Shown here: positions 24,003 through 34,504 of the stretch, piece after piece
Numbering within the stretch: the first letter of the stretch is position 1
Layout of the letters: each line of letters starts with the position of its first letter
Origin: Gammaproteobacteria bacterium
GTDB lineage: Bacteria; Pseudomonadota; Gammaproteobacteria; Eutrophobiales; Eutrophobiaceae
DNA: 64,000 nucleotides
Direction of reading: 5' to 3'
Assembly (NCBI GenBank): GCA_965222155.1
Contig: CBDCTH010000004.1
Span: forward strand, 558,151 to 622,150
The notes under the pieces: generated by a model
Seen by the model: the letters and a program-made list of their open reading frames with translations, nothing else
Databases searched by the model: none
Told to the model about the DNA's origin: nothing
Position numbers and translations under genes: made by a program

Positions 24003-24338
24003 TTAGTGGGAATTGCTTACTTCTGTTACGGCCTGGTCAAGGGCGGTTTTCAACTCTCCGTTCTGATACATTTCCAGGACGATGTCACAGCCGCCGATCA
24101 ATTCTCCATTGACGAACACCTGGGGGAACGTCGGCCAGTTGGAGACTTGCGGCAGGCTGCTGCGAACTTCAGGCGCTGCCATTACGTCGACGTAGACGAA
24201 CTCGACATCACAGGCCTTCAGTGCCTGTGCGGTACGCATGGAGAAACCGCACTGTGGAAAATCGGGGGTCCCTTTCATGAACAGGATAATCGGGTTTTCT
24301 GAAATGGTATTTTTTAGCTGTTCTATAATGTCGCTCAT
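24003..24338 (-). CDS. grxD: Monothiol glutaredoxin Grx4
   Basis: FMKG..PQCGFS, WPTFPQ, GGCD. Confidence 0.95.
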   Translation of the reverse strand: MSDIIEQLKNTISENPIILFMKGTPDFPQCGFSMRTAQALKACDVEFVYVDVMAAPEVRSSLPQVSNWPTFPQVFVNGELIGGCDIVLEMYQNGELKTALDQAVTEVSNSH

Positions 24339-24421
24339 TGTGAAATCTCGTTAAAAATCCGGATACGGATGGCTTGCGCTACAGCTATTATACATCATTG
24401 CCGATGAAATTCATTGTATAC

Positions 24422-24449
24422 TTGTCCAGCTTAAAAGCAGTAGTATAAT
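24422..24449 (+). promoter_or_regulatory. Putative sigma70 promoter for the PuuD-like gene
   Basis: TTGTCC-16 bp-TATAAT. Confidence 0.45.
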
Positions 24450-24474
24450 CAGGGTAACGTCGTATCTTTGTTAT

Positions 24475-24541
24475 CCGTGCTCTGAACAAGTCCAGAGCCT
24501 GTCCCGTACTTGATACGGGAATGGACTTGTTCAGAGCTTCC
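24475..24541 (-). repeat. Family D left-end fragment (hairpin carrying module Y)
   Basis: Reverse complement nearly identical to the first ~65 bp of the 3236-3410 element. Confidence 0.8.
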
Positions 24542-24563
24542 TAAACATTATGCTGGAGGAGCA

Positions 24564-25172
24564 ATGATGAATCCGCTTAAAACTGTAAAGGGCACGTTGA
24601 TATTGGGTTTTGTTACCGCTGTGGTGATTGCTGCATTGATTAACTTATGTGTGAGCGACAGTGCGCTGGGCAATATAAACAGTTGGTCATTGGTAGTCTG
24701 GCTGCATGTCTTCGTCGGAGTGATCTGGGTAGGCCTGTTGTATTATTTCAATTTTGTTCAAACACCCGCGGTGGCAAGCGCGACTGCGGACAGCGAGGGC
24801 CCGGGGCCTGCCGCGATCAGTAAATATGTTGCCCCCCTGGCATTGCTGTGGTTCCGCTGGGCCGCTCTGCTGACCTGGTTGACCGGCGCCGCGGCGCTGG
24901 AAGTAATGGGGATCGGTATTGGCAATGCCTTTACCCTGAGCAGCGGCGCTGTCGTTATCGGGACGGGTGCGTGGCTGGGAACCATCATGTTGTTTAACGT
25001 CTGGGTGTTAATCTGGCCGAACCAGAAGAAAATTCTGGGGATTGTTGCGGCCTCGGATGAGGAAAAGGCTAAAGCCAAGGTGGTTGCCGCAATGGCATCA
25101 CGCACTAATACCGTCCTGTCCATACCTATGCTGATGTGCATGGTCGGACAGGGCCATGGATTGCCTTTTTAA
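24564..25172 (+). CDS. Urate hydroxylase PuuD-like membrane protein
   Basis: WLHV..G..WVGLLYYFN, WFRWAA, IMLFNVW..IWPNQKK, SRTNT; SD GGAGG. Confidence 0.8.
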   Translation: MMNPLKTVKGTLILGFVTAVVIAALINLCVSDSALGNINSWSLVVWLHVFVGVIWVGLLYYFNFVQTPAVASATADSEGPGPAAISKYVAPLALLWFRWAALLTWLTGAAALEVMGIGIGNAFTLSSGAVVIGTGAWLGTIMLFNVWVLIWPNQKKILGIVAASDEEKAKAKVVAAMASRTNTVLSIPMLMCMVGQGHGLPF

Positions 25173-25231
25173 CCACGGAATACAACAGACGGAAAAGATG
25201 GACTGCCGGCGGAAACAACCTGTTCTCCGGC

Positions 25232-25275
25232 AAAGGGGACGTGGCGATTAACCATATCACCCCGTCCCCTTTTTT
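25232..25275 (+). terminator. GGGGAC/GTCCCC hairpin with T tract
   Basis: aaaggggacg...cgtccccttttt downstream of the PuuD-like gene. Confidence 0.5.
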
Positions 25276-25320
25276 ACTGGAGTTTGTATTTTTTCAAAAA
25301 ATGAAGACTACTGGGCTGCA

Positions 25321-26493
25321 ATGCCGGAAGCGATAATGGCAACCTACAAGCGTCTGGACGTGGCTTTTGAGTCCGGTGAAGGTGCGTGGCTGATTGACCG
25401 GCAGGGAACCCGCTACCTGGATGCGCTGAGTGGAATTGCCGTCTGCGGCCTGGGTCATGCCCATCCCGGGATTGCCGAAGTGGTCGCGCAGCAGGCGCGC
25501 CGATTGATTCATACTTCCAATCTTTACCGTATCCCCCTGCAGGAGGAACTGGCCGCACGTCTGGTCGGGATTTCCGGGATGGAGCGGGCGTTTTTCTGTA
25601 ACTCAGGGGCTGAAGCGAATGAAGCCGCGATAAAAATATGCCGGAAATTCGCCGGCTACAAACAGGTTGAAGAACCGCTTATTGTCGTTATGGAAGGCAG
25701 TTTTCATGGTCGGACCATGGCGACGTTGAGCGCCACCGGAAAGCCTGAAGTGCGCGCGGGATTTGCGCCTTTACTGCCCGGCTTCCAGTATATTCCCTAT
25801 AACGATAATGGCGCCTTGCCGCGGCTGGATGAGATGCACGGGCGGATAGTTGCCGTTCTGCTGGAAGCTGTTCAGGGGGAGGGGGGAGTCGTCATCCCTG
25901 ATCCCGGTTATCTTAAGGCCGTGCGTGAGATCTGTGACCGGAATGGCTGGCTGATGATCCTCGATGAAGTCCAGACGGGATTATGCCGTACCGGCGCCTG
26001 GTTTGCCTACCAGCATGAAAACATCCTGCCGGACGTTGTTACCCTGGCGAAATCCCTGGGTAACGGCTTGCCGATCGGCGCCTGTCTGGCTGGCGGGATT
26101 GCCGCGGAAATGTTGCATCCGGGGAGTCATGGTTCAACTTTCGGCGGTAATCCACTGGCCTCTGCTGCGGCGCTTGCCGTGCTGGAGAACATGGAGGATC
26201 AGAACCTGGCCGAACGGGCAGCCGTATCCGGCAGTATCATGCTGGAAAGATTCCGCGCAGAGTTGGGACACCTTGATGAAGTGGTTGCGATACGCGGCAA
26301 AGGATTGATGATCGGGATAGAACTATCCCGGGATTGCCCCAGCCTGGTCGATCAGGCACTGGAACGGCAGCTATTGATCAATGTTACCGCGGGGAAGGTA
26401 GTGCGCCTGCTGCCGCCACTGATCATATCGGATGAGGAAATGCATCGAATAATTGATACGGTATGCCTCCTGATCAAGGACTTTGTGGGCTGA
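25321..26493 (+). CDS. argD: Acetylornithine aminotransferase
   Basis: NSGAEANE, FHGRT, DEVQTG, AKSLG, STFGGNP; upstream of argF. Confidence 0.92.
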   Translation: MPEAIMATYKRLDVAFESGEGAWLIDRQGTRYLDALSGIAVCGLGHAHPGIAEVVAQQARRLIHTSNLYRIPLQEELAARLVGISGMERAFFCNSGAEANEAAIKICRKFAGYKQVEEPLIVVMEGSFHGRTMATLSATGKPEVRAGFAPLLPGFQYIPYNDNGALPRLDEMHGRIVAVLLEAVQGEGGVVIPDPGYLKAVREICDRNGWLMILDEVQTGLCRTGAWFAYQHENILPDVVTLAKSLGNGLPIGACLAGGIAAEMLHPGSHGSTFGGNPLASAAALAVLENMEDQNLAERAAVSGSIMLERFRAELGHLDEVVAIRGKGLMIGIELSRDCPSLVDQALERQLLINVTAGKVVRLLPPLIISDEEMHRIIDTVCLLIKDFVG

Positions 26494-26494
26494 C

Positions 26495-27409
26495 ATGGCG
26501 CGCCATTTTTTAACGCTGACAGATCTCAGTCTTGCTGAAATTGAGGCCCTGATATTCCGGGCTATCGATTTGAAGGAAGCATTCAGGCACCGGGAGTTGC
26601 AGCAAAGTTGCGCAGGTCGGGTACTGGCGATGATATTTGAAAAATCCTCTACGCGTACCCGGGTTTCATTTGAAACCGCGATGGCGCATCTTGGGGGACA
26701 TGCCGTCTTCCTGTCACCTCAGGATAGCCAGTTGGGCCGCGGTGAGCCTATTGAGGATACTGCCAGAGTATTGTCGAAGATGGTTGACTGCGTCATGATA
26801 CGGACCTTTGAACACACCCGGATAACCCGCTTTGCTGACTATTCTTCAGTGCCGGTGATCAATGGTCTGTCGGACAGTTATCATCCCTGTCAGCTACTGG
26901 CGGATTTGCAGACTTATTATGAGTTGAGGGGAGCAATCAAGGGCAGAAAAGTGGCCTGGTTCGGTGATGGAAACAATATGTGCAATTCCTGGATCAATGC
27001 CGCGAAAATGATGGATTTCCACTTGCATATTGCCTGCCCCGCAGAATATGAACCGGCCGCGGAAATCGCCAACCGGGGCGGAGCTAACATTACTCTTACC
27101 CGGGAGCCGCAGCAGGCTGCTATGCAGGCCGACCTGGTTGTAACCGATACCTGGATGAGTATGGGGCAGGAATCCGAAAGGAAAAAAAAGCAGGAATTAT
27201 TTAAATCGTTTCAAGTGAATGAGGAGATTATGTCCCGGGCTGCAACGGATGCGATTTTCATGCATTGCCTGCCGGCATATCGCGGCGCTGAGGTAAGCGC
27301 CGGAGTCATTGACGGTTCCCGGAGTGTAGTCTGGGAAGAAGCAGGTAACCGCCTGCATGCCCAGAAAGCACTGCTGGAATTTCTACTGGGACAGAAGACA
27401 GAGGACTGA
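26495..27409 (+). CDS. argF: Ornithine carbamoyltransferase
   Basis: SSTRT, HPCQ, HCLP. Confidence 0.96.
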   Translation: MARHFLTLTDLSLAEIEALIFRAIDLKEAFRHRELQQSCAGRVLAMIFEKSSTRTRVSFETAMAHLGGHAVFLSPQDSQLGRGEPIEDTARVLSKMVDCVMIRTFEHTRITRFADYSSVPVINGLSDSYHPCQLLADLQTYYELRGAIKGRKVAWFGDGNNMCNSWINAAKMMDFHLHIACPAEYEPAAEIANRGGANITLTREPQQAAMQADLVVTDTWMSMGQESERKKKQELFKSFQVNEEIMSRAATDAIFMHCLPAYRGAEVSAGVIDGSRSVVWEEAGNRLHAQKALLEFLLGQKTED

Positions 27410-27460
27410 TTACACGGGACACAGTACAGGGGACACGGGATTGAGGATAGAGGACGGATA
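27391..27460 (+). repeat. Degenerate heptamer array (10 units, ACAGAGG-like)
   Basis: acagaag acagagg actgatt acacggg acacagt acagggg acacggg attgagg atagagg acggata. Confidence 0.6.
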
Positions 27461-27541
27461 TCCGCATTGGATCATCTGATTTACCTGCACCCCTGACTTC
27501 CTGCATAAAACTGGATATTTAACCCTGGGACTGATATTGAT

Positions 27542-28303
27542 ATGCATTTCCTGCTGAGTAATGATGACGGTTACCAGGCTATCGGCCTGGAAATTCTGAT
27601 GCAGACAATGAGGACTTTTGGCGAGATTACCGTGGTGGCGCCGGATCGGAATCGAAGCGGCGCGAGTAATTCATTGACCCTGGATGCCCCACTGTATACG
27701 AAACAGGTCTCCGACAGGTTTTTCTACGTAAACGGCACACCCACGGACTGTGTCCACCTGGCTATCACAGGCTTGTTGGATGACATGCCGGACATGGTCA
27801 TCAGCGGTGTTAACCATGGAGCCAACCTGGGTGACGACGTGATTTATTCGGGAACCGTTGCGGCGGCCATGGAGGGACGTTTTTTGGGAAGACCAGCCAT
27901 TGCCTTGTCCCTTGCCGGTGAAAATCCGACTCATTACGAGACTGCGGGAATAGTTGTCAAAAATTTAATCAGCAAGTTGCTTTCCGATCCCATCGATAAC
28001 GATATATTGCTGAATATCAACATTCCGGATGTCCCGTTTGAGCAACTTCATGGCTTTGAGGTGACGCGTCTGGGCCAACGGCACAAGTCCGAACCTGCCA
28101 TCAGGATGAAGGATCCGAAAAACCGCACCGTGTATTGGGTCGGACCCGCCGGCGCCGGAGAAGATGCCGGACCCGGTACCGACTTTCATGCTATTGCCGT
28201 AAACAGGATATCCGTTACTCCATTACAAGTGGATTTAACCCGCTATGCCGCGCTGACACGCGTCAGTGACTGGCTGGCTGACCTCACACTGAATGAGATG
28301 TAA
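27542..28303 (+). CDS. surE: 5'/3'-nucleotidase SurE
   Basis: SNDDG, GTPTDC, YSGTVAAA. Confidence 0.96.
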   Translation: MHFLLSNDDGYQAIGLEILMQTMRTFGEITVVAPDRNRSGASNSLTLDAPLYTKQVSDRFFYVNGTPTDCVHLAITGLLDDMPDMVISGVNHGANLGDDVIYSGTVAAAMEGRFLGRPAIALSLAGENPTHYETAGIVVKNLISKLLSDPIDNDILLNINIPDVPFEQLHGFEVTRLGQRHKSEPAIRMKDPKNRTVYWVGPAGAGEDAGPGTDFHAIAVNRISVTPLQVDLTRYAALTRVSDWLADLTLNEM

Positions 28304-28356
28304 ACTAACCGCGACACCCTGGAACTTTACGGTTATGACCGGCGAACTGGTGCAAT

Positions 28357-29019
28357 ATGCGGGCTAAACACTTTCAAGGTATCGGAATGACATCCCAGCG
28401 TTCCCGGGACAGGCTGGTAAGTCAACTACGGGATATGGGAATAGAGTCTGAGCGTGTTCTTGCAGCAATTCGCAGCACCCCCCGGCATATTTTTGTTGAC
28501 GAGGCCCTGGCAAGCCGCGCGTATGACAATACCGCCTTGCCCATCGGCCATAATCAGACCATTTCGCAGCCCTACATTGTCGCACGCATGACCCAGGCGT
28601 TATTGGAAGTCGAAGATTTGAACAAGGTACTGGAAGTGGGCACCGGTTGCGGCTACCAGACCGCAATTCTTGCGCAGTTCGCTCGCCAGGTTTACAGCAT
28701 TGAGCGAATCGAGACATTATTGACTAGTGCCAGAGCGCGGTTTAATACTTTGAACTATCGCAATATCAAAGCGAAATATGGTGATGGCAACGAGGGTTGG
28801 CCGGAGAACGCTCCGTTCCAGGGGATACTGGTATCAGCCGCGCCGGCTAATATCCCGGATGTGCTGTTGCAACAATTGGCTATCGGGGGCCGTATGATTA
28901 TTCCCATCGGTCATATCGGAGAACAGAAACTGCTTTCCATAGTGCGAACCGAGGATGGCTTTGCCGAAAAAAACCTGGATTGTGTCAGCTTCGTGCCCAT
29001 GCTCAAGGGAATGGGGTGA
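28357..29019 (+). CDS. pcm: Protein-L-isoaspartate O-methyltransferase
   Basis: GIGMTSQR, QTISQPY; surE-pcm-nlpD-rpoS synteny. Confidence 0.95.
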   Translation: MRAKHFQGIGMTSQRSRDRLVSQLRDMGIESERVLAAIRSTPRHIFVDEALASRAYDNTALPIGHNQTISQPYIVARMTQALLEVEDLNKVLEVGTGCGYQTAILAQFARQVYSIERIETLLTSARARFNTLNYRNIKAKYGDGNEGWPENAPFQGILVSAAPANIPDVLLQQLAIGGRMIIPIGHIGEQKLLSIVRTEDGFAEKNLDCVSFVPMLKGMG

Positions 29020-29022
29020 TTT

Positions 29023-29805
29023 GTGTACAAAATTGCCGGCATAGTCCTGTTGTTATTCCTGCTGGGCAGCCTCTACGCCTGCTCCTCGACAGCCACTGCC
29101 CCGGTCATTGCGCGCGCTGAAAATAAACAGACTGCGACCTCATCAGGTTCCGCGCAATACACCGGGAAACAAAAATCCCATACCGTCACAAAAGGCGAGA
29201 CCCTGTATTCCATCGCCTGGCGCTATGGACATGATTACAAGACCCTCGCTTCCTGGAACCTGATTAAATCGCCTTTCGTAATTTACCCGGGCCAGGTCAT
29301 CCGCTTGAAACCGGTGAAACGGCGCCGTGCCGCACAACCGCCTCCCGTCGTTGAAAAGCAAACCCGGCAGCGTAGCAAGCCCACTGCCAAACCACAGGCT
29401 GCAAACAGGTCCGGAACGACCGTAACCGGCTCGGCCACAGCCGTCCGCTGGCAATGGCCGGCACGCGGCAAATTGCTGAAGTCTTCATCTCCCACCGCGG
29501 AAAAAGGCATCAGTATCGCCGGCAGGACAGGCCAGAAAATCGTTGCCGCGGCGACCGGGAAAGTGGTTTACAGCGGCAGTGGATTACGCGGTTATGGTAA
29601 GCTTATCATTATCAAGCATAGTGATACTTACCTGAGCGCTTATGCGCATAATCGGGAATTGATAGTGAAGGAAGGTGAAACGGTAAAAGCCGGGCAACAG
29701 ATATCCACTATGGGTCTGGACAGCAAGGGCGCCCCGGTGTTGCATTTTGAAATACGCAAAAATGGCAAACCGATTAACCCGTTGGGGCAACTTCCGCGTA
29801 GTTGA
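29023..29805 (+). CDS. nlpD: LysM/M23 lipoprotein NlpD
   Basis: Lipobox LYAC, LysM domain, degenerate M23 (YAHN, LHFEIR). Confidence 0.9.
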   Translation: MYKIAGIVLLLFLLGSLYACSSTATAPVIARAENKQTATSSGSAQYTGKQKSHTVTKGETLYSIAWRYGHDYKTLASWNLIKSPFVIYPGQVIRLKPVKRRRAAQPPPVVEKQTRQRSKPTAKPQAANRSGTTVTGSATAVRWQWPARGKLLKSSSPTAEKGISIAGRTGQKIVAAATGKVVYSGSGLRGYGKLIIIKHSDTYLSAYAHNRELIVKEGETVKAGQQISTMGLDSKGAPVLHFEIRKNGKPINPLGQLPRS

Positions 29806-29813
29806 GCGACTAG

Positions 29814-30052
29814 CCCGCATTTTTCACAAGAGGATGCGTTGCTCGCGCCGGATTTTTGCTGCTGGCGGGTGCCTGCGACCGAAAGCATAGCGGTAGCTAT
29901 GGTTGAGGGAGCACGTACACGCCAGCAGCAAAAAGACAAGTGAGGGCGCATCCAGCGCAGTTTGTAACGGCAATATGGTGATAAACTATGGGTAACTTAT
30001 TGACATCAAATAATTTTCCGTTGATGACAAGCGATCTTGTGAGAAATGCGGG
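29814..30052 (+). mobile_element. Family A element, copy A2 (nlpD-rpoS junction)
   Basis: cccgcatttttcacaag...cttgtgagaaatgcggg; flanks CTAG/CTAA. Confidence 0.85.
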
Positions 30053-30088
30053 CTAAGCATATAGCAGGGTCGAAAATCGAAGCTACTC

Positions 30089-31036
30089 ATGCCTGAAGAT
30101 GATGAAATCAAATCCCTGAACCTTGAACACTCCGGTTCGGCTCGCGCAAAATCTGATGTCGCCGGGAAGTCGACAAAAGGTCATCAGCCGGGCGCCATCA
30201 GTGAAACGGATCTTGACGCCACTCGATTGTATTTAAGTGAGATCGGTTTTACTCCGCTGCTGACGGCGCAGGAGGAGATTACATTTGCCCGTCAGGCGCG
30301 TTGCGGTGACGCTGATGCGCGCAAGCGCATGATTGAAAGTAATTTACGTCTGGTGGTAAAAATCGCGCGCCGTTATATGAATCAGGGTCTGGCGCTGCTT
30401 GACCTGATTGAAGAGGGCAACCTGGGTTTGATCCGGGCCGTGGAAAAGTTTGACCCGGAAAAGGGGTTCCGTTTTTCAACTTATGCCACCTGGTGGATAA
30501 GGCAAACCATAGAACGGGCATTGATGAACCAGGCCAGGACGGTCAGGCTGCCAATCCACGTTATCAAGGAGATCAATGTTTACATGCGCGCAGCCAGAAA
30601 ACTGGCGCAGACCCTTGACCGGGAACCCAGCAGCGAAGACGTGGCTGAGATGCTGGACCGACCCCTGGAAAGCGTAAAACGCATGTTCGGGTTAAACGAA
30701 CGGGTTACCTCGGTCGATGCCCCGATGGGAAGGGATGCAGAGCGGCCGTTGCTGGATACCATACCTGATGAGAGTAACATTGACCCTTCGGTATTACTCC
30801 AGAATGATGATGTTAAACAACACATCGATTTATGGCTGGAGCAACTGACGGAAAAGCAACGCGCTGTGGTGGAACTCCGCTTTGGCCTGCATGACAGGGA
30901 TGCGGCAACCCTGGAAGACGTAGGCGTGGAATTGGGCGTGACCAGGGAACGGGTCAGGCAGATTCAAATAGAGGCGCTGAAACGCCTGCGGCGTATCCTG
31001 AAAAGAGAAGGGTTTTCACTGGATGCGTTATCCTGA
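30089..31036 (+). CDS. rpoS: RNA polymerase sigma factor RpoS
   Basis: [36 protein letters not shown]; after nlpD. Confidence 0.95.
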   Translation: MPEDDEIKSLNLEHSGSARAKSDVAGKSTKGHQPGAISETDLDATRLYLSEIGFTPLLTAQEEITFARQARCGDADARKRMIESNLRLVVKIARRYMNQGLALLDLIEEGNLGLIRAVEKFDPEKGFRFSTYATWWIRQTIERALMNQARTVRLPIHVIKEINVYMRAARKLAQTLDREPSSEDVAEMLDRPLESVKRMFGLNERVTSVDAPMGRDAERPLLDTIPDESNIDPSVLLQNDDVKQHIDLWLEQLTEKQRAVVELRFGLHDRDAATLEDVGVELGVTRERVRQIQIEALKRLRRILKREGFSLDALS

Positions 31037-31113
31037 GCGCTATATGGAATACAGAAAACACTCAAAACCCTGGTCGGCGAAGCCCCTGGAGTACATTATT
31101 ATTGAACTGCAGT

Positions 31114-31488
31114 TCAGTCAATCAGGAACAGCGCGGCAACGATCCGGCGGCCTTCTCCGGATAGAAAATTGAAGGCGCGGCAGGCTGCGCCGGTATCCAT
31201 GATTTCGAATCCGATTTGCCGGAGGTAGAGAATTTCGCAGATTTCATCAGCCGGGAAAGCGAGCGTTTTGCCGCTGCCGAATAACACGACTTCCGGTTTG
31301 TGCTCAAGCATTGTCATGACGTGGGGCTGTGCCAGGGAGGCTACGTTATCCGGTAGTTTGTTATCAATTACCACATCCGGCGTGATGATGATGTTCGTTG
31401 TGTAAGGCTTGCCGGCAACGGTTATTGACCCGGCCCCATAGGCGTCAATTTTATGCTGGCCCGGATTGATATCAGCTTCGATTTTCAT
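31114..31488 (-). CDS. Mth938-like protein
   Basis: [24 protein letters not shown]. Confidence 0.88.
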   Translation of the reverse strand: MKIEADINPGQHKIDAYGAGSITVAGKPYTTNIIITPDVVIDNKLPDNVASLAQPHVMTMLEHKPEVVLFGSGKTLAFPADEICEILYLRQIGFEIMDTGAACRAFNFLSGEGRRIVAALFLID

Positions 31489-31548
31489 GATAGTAACAAC
31501 AAACTGATTTATTATTCTACGAACATCAAAAATTCGGAAACCAACAAT

Positions 31549-32208
31549 ATGAGAATTCTATTATTAGGACCGCCGGGCGCCGGTAAGGGTACGCAGGCCG
31601 CTTTCATCAAAGACAAGTTTAACATACCGCAGATTTCAACCGGCGATATGTTACGCGCGGCAGTCAGGGCCGGTTCCCCCATGGGGCTTGGGGCAAAAAA
31701 GGTGATGGATGCCGGTGAACTGGTTTCCGACGGTTTAATCATGGGGCTGGTAAAAGAAAGAATCCGCCAGGATGATTGCAGCCAGGGGTACCTGTTTGAC
31801 GGGTTCCCCAGGACCCTTGGCCAGGCCCGGGCAATGCAGCAGGAAAAGATAGAAATAGACTGTGTTGTTGAGATTGTGGTAGCTGATGAGGAGATCATTA
31901 AACGGCTGAGTGGCCGGCGCGTTCATCCCGGCTCAGGACGTGTTTATCACATCGTGTTCAATCCGCCGCAACGGCCGGATATGGATGACGTCAGCGGCGA
32001 AGCGATCATTCAACGAGAGGACGACAAGGAAGATACGGTCAGGAAGCGCTTGCAGGTCTATCATGAGCAGACCGCACCGTTAATCCACTTCTACAGCGAC
32101 ATGAATGGTCGCAACGCGCCGGGCTATCTGCGTGTGGATGGAATCGGCGACGTTCAGGAGGTGAGACGCAACCTGGTTGCCGGACTTGAAGCCCGTATAT
32201 CCCGGTAA
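31549..32208 (+). CDS. adk: Adenylate kinase
   Basis: [23 protein letters not shown]. Confidence 0.97.
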   Translation: MRILLLGPPGAGKGTQAAFIKDKFNIPQISTGDMLRAAVRAGSPMGLGAKKVMDAGELVSDGLIMGLVKERIRQDDCSQGYLFDGFPRTLGQARAMQQEKIEIDCVVEIVVADEEIIKRLSGRRVHPGSGRVYHIVFNPPQRPDMDDVSGEAIIQREDDKEDTVRKRLQVYHEQTAPLIHFYSDMNGRNAPGYLRVDGIGDVQEVRRNLVAGLEARISR

Positions 32209-34469
32209 TGCCGTCAAAGCGCAAAGCGGGACAATCTGCACGTAAGTCAAAACGGCGTTCCAGCCATAAATTCTGGTACGTTCATTTTGCGCTTATCCTG
32301 ATTTGCATAACCAGCGCTTATATCATCTGGCTGGATTATCGCATACAGTCGGAATTTGCCGGTAAACGCTGGTCTCTGCCCGCCCGCGTCTACGCCGGCC
32401 CGCTGGAGATATATGTCGGCCAGGCGTTGACAGCCGATAAAACCGAAAAATTATTGATCAAGTCCGGCTATAGAAAAGTATCCGGCGTCAGACAATCGGG
32501 CACCTACAAGCGTGCGGCGTCCTATGTTGAGTTCAGGCAGCGTGAATTTCACTTCTGGGATGGGATACAGGATAGCCGGCTTGTCCGGGTAGGCTTCACC
32601 AACCGGCAAGTCAAGGAGATTCTGGATTTAACCGGGGAACAGGTTCTCCCGTTGGTACGCCTCGAACCGGAACTGATCGGCAGGATCTATCCGGATAATT
32701 TCGAGGATCGAATACTGGTTAGCTATGATGACGTCCCCGCCTTTTTGATCAATGCCTTGCTGGCGGTGGAAGACCGCAATTATTTCAACCATAACGGTAT
32801 TGATCTGAGGGGGATGTTGCGGGCTTTTTATCACAACGTCCTCAGGAGACAATTTGAACAGGGAGGCAGTACCATCACCCAGCAGTTGGTAAAGAACTTT
32901 TTTTTAAATCGCGAGCGGACCCTGACCAGGAAGGCCAATGAGATCATTATGGCATTGCTGCTGGAGCGACGCTATGGCAAGGAAGATATTCTTGCCGCAT
33001 ATATCAACGAGGTCTACCTGGGTCAACAAGGACAGCGCAGCGTGCATGGTTTCGGCACCGCTGCAGAGTTTTATTTTGCCAGGCCGCTGAACGAACTGCG
33101 CCCGGATCAGGTCGCCCTGCTGGTCGGTATGGTAAAAGGCGCCTCCTATTATAATCCGAGGCGGCATCCCGACCGGGCCGGGCGCCGGCGTAACCTGGTG
33201 CTGGAGCTGATGTTCGAGCAAGGTTACCTGGATGAACAGACCCGTCGGCAAGCCCGGTTATTGCCGTTGGATTTGAGCGCCGGACCACGCTGGGTATCCG
33301 GCAAATACCCGGCATTTTTGCAACTTGTCAAGAGTCAGCTGTTGCGTGAATATGATATTGAAGACCTGCGTAACAGGGGGTTGCGAATATATACTACACT
33401 GGATACCGAACGGCAGGACAGCACTGAGACGGTACTGCAACAACAGTTACGAGAACTGGAACGGGCAAACTCCATGAAAGCAGGGACATTGCAGGCAGCC
33501 AGCATATTTGTGCAAAGCAGTAGCGGCGCGGTGTTGTCCCTGGCGGGCGACAGGAATGCCGATTACGTCGGATTTAACCGCGCCATGCATGCAAAGCGGC
33601 CGATTGGCTCGTTGGTGAAGCCGTTTGTCTATTATACTGCCCTGACCGAACCACAACAGTACTCGCTGATTTCCAGGGTGAGTGACAGTGATATATCCGT
33701 TAAACAGGCCGACGGTTCTTTTTGGCGCCCGGATAATTACGATGGCAGGAACCACGGCCAGGTGAGTCTCCTGGAAGCCCTGGTCAAATCATATAATAAG
33801 GCAACCGTAAGACTGGGTCGCGAGGTTGGCCTGGAACGGGTCATTGCTACATTGAAAGAAGTCGGGGCCGGCAACGGCATTAAACCGTTTCCGGCGTTAT
33901 TGCTCGGATCTCTCGAGTTGACTCCGTTACAGGTCAGCCAGCTATACCAGACCCTGGCCAATGGCGGTTTTTTTGTTCCTGTCAACAGTATCAGGGAGGT
34001 TTTGGACAGCAACGGTAAAGCAGTGAAGCGGTATGCCCTGGAAGTGCGCCAGGCGCTACAGGCAGAGGCTGCCTTCCTGACCAGTTTCATGCTGGTACAG
34101 GCGGTCAACCACGGTAGCGGACGCGGCCTGAAGCGTATTATTCCGGCGCAATTGCCCCTTGCCGGCAAAACCGGCACTACCAATGACCTGCGGGACAGTT
34201 GGTTTGCCGGTTTTGGTGACGATGTGACGGGTGTCGTGTGGCTGGGACGCGATGATAATAAACCGACCCGGTTCAGCGGCGCATCCGGCGCCTTGCGGAT
34301 TTGGGCTAACATAGTCAAACGGCAGGGTATCAACAGTATCGAATTGTTACCGCCTCCCGGTATCGGCTCACTGAACGCGGTAAATTTACCATTTGCCGGA
34401 GCCTGCATCAGATTTCCGTATATCCCCTATGTACTTGGGGCCAGACCCGGACAGGTCGACAAATGTTAA
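32208..34469 (+). CDS. mrcB: Penicillin-binding protein 1B
   Basis: EDRNY, GGSTITQQ, SLVK, SYN, KTG; UB2H region. Confidence 0.93.
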   Translation: MPSKRKAGQSARKSKRRSSHKFWYVHFALILICITSAYIIWLDYRIQSEFAGKRWSLPARVYAGPLEIYVGQALTADKTEKLLIKSGYRKVSGVRQSGTYKRAASYVEFRQREFHFWDGIQDSRLVRVGFTNRQVKEILDLTGEQVLPLVRLEPELIGRIYPDNFEDRILVSYDDVPAFLINALLAVEDRNYFNHNGIDLRGMLRAFYHNVLRRQFEQGGSTITQQLVKNFFLNRERTLTRKANEIIMALLLERRYGKEDILAAYINEVYLGQQGQRSVHGFGTAAEFYFARPLNELRPDQVALLVGMVKGASYYNPRRHPDRAGRRRNLVLELMFEQGYLDEQTRRQARLLPLDLSAGPRWVSGKYPAFLQLVKSQLLREYDIEDLRNRGLRIYTTLDTERQDSTETVLQQQLRELERANSMKAGTLQAASIFVQSSSGAVLSLAGDRNADYVGFNRAMHAKRPIGSLVKPFVYYTALTEPQQYSLISRVSDSDISVKQADGSFWRPDNYDGRNHGQVSLLEALVKSYNKATVRLGREVGLERVIATLKEVGAGNGIKPFPALLLGSLELTPLQVSQLYQTLANGGFFVPVNSIREVLDSNGKAVKRYALEVRQALQAEAAFLTSFMLVQAVNHGSGRGLKRIIPAQLPLAGKTGTTNDLRDSWFAGFGDDVTGVVWLGRDDNKPTRFSGASGALRIWANIVKRQGINSIELLPPPGIGSLNAVNLPFAGACIRFPYIPYVLGARPGQVDKC

Positions 34470-34504
34470 TAGTCATAAATAAACCCGGCCAACGAGGACA
34501 ACTG

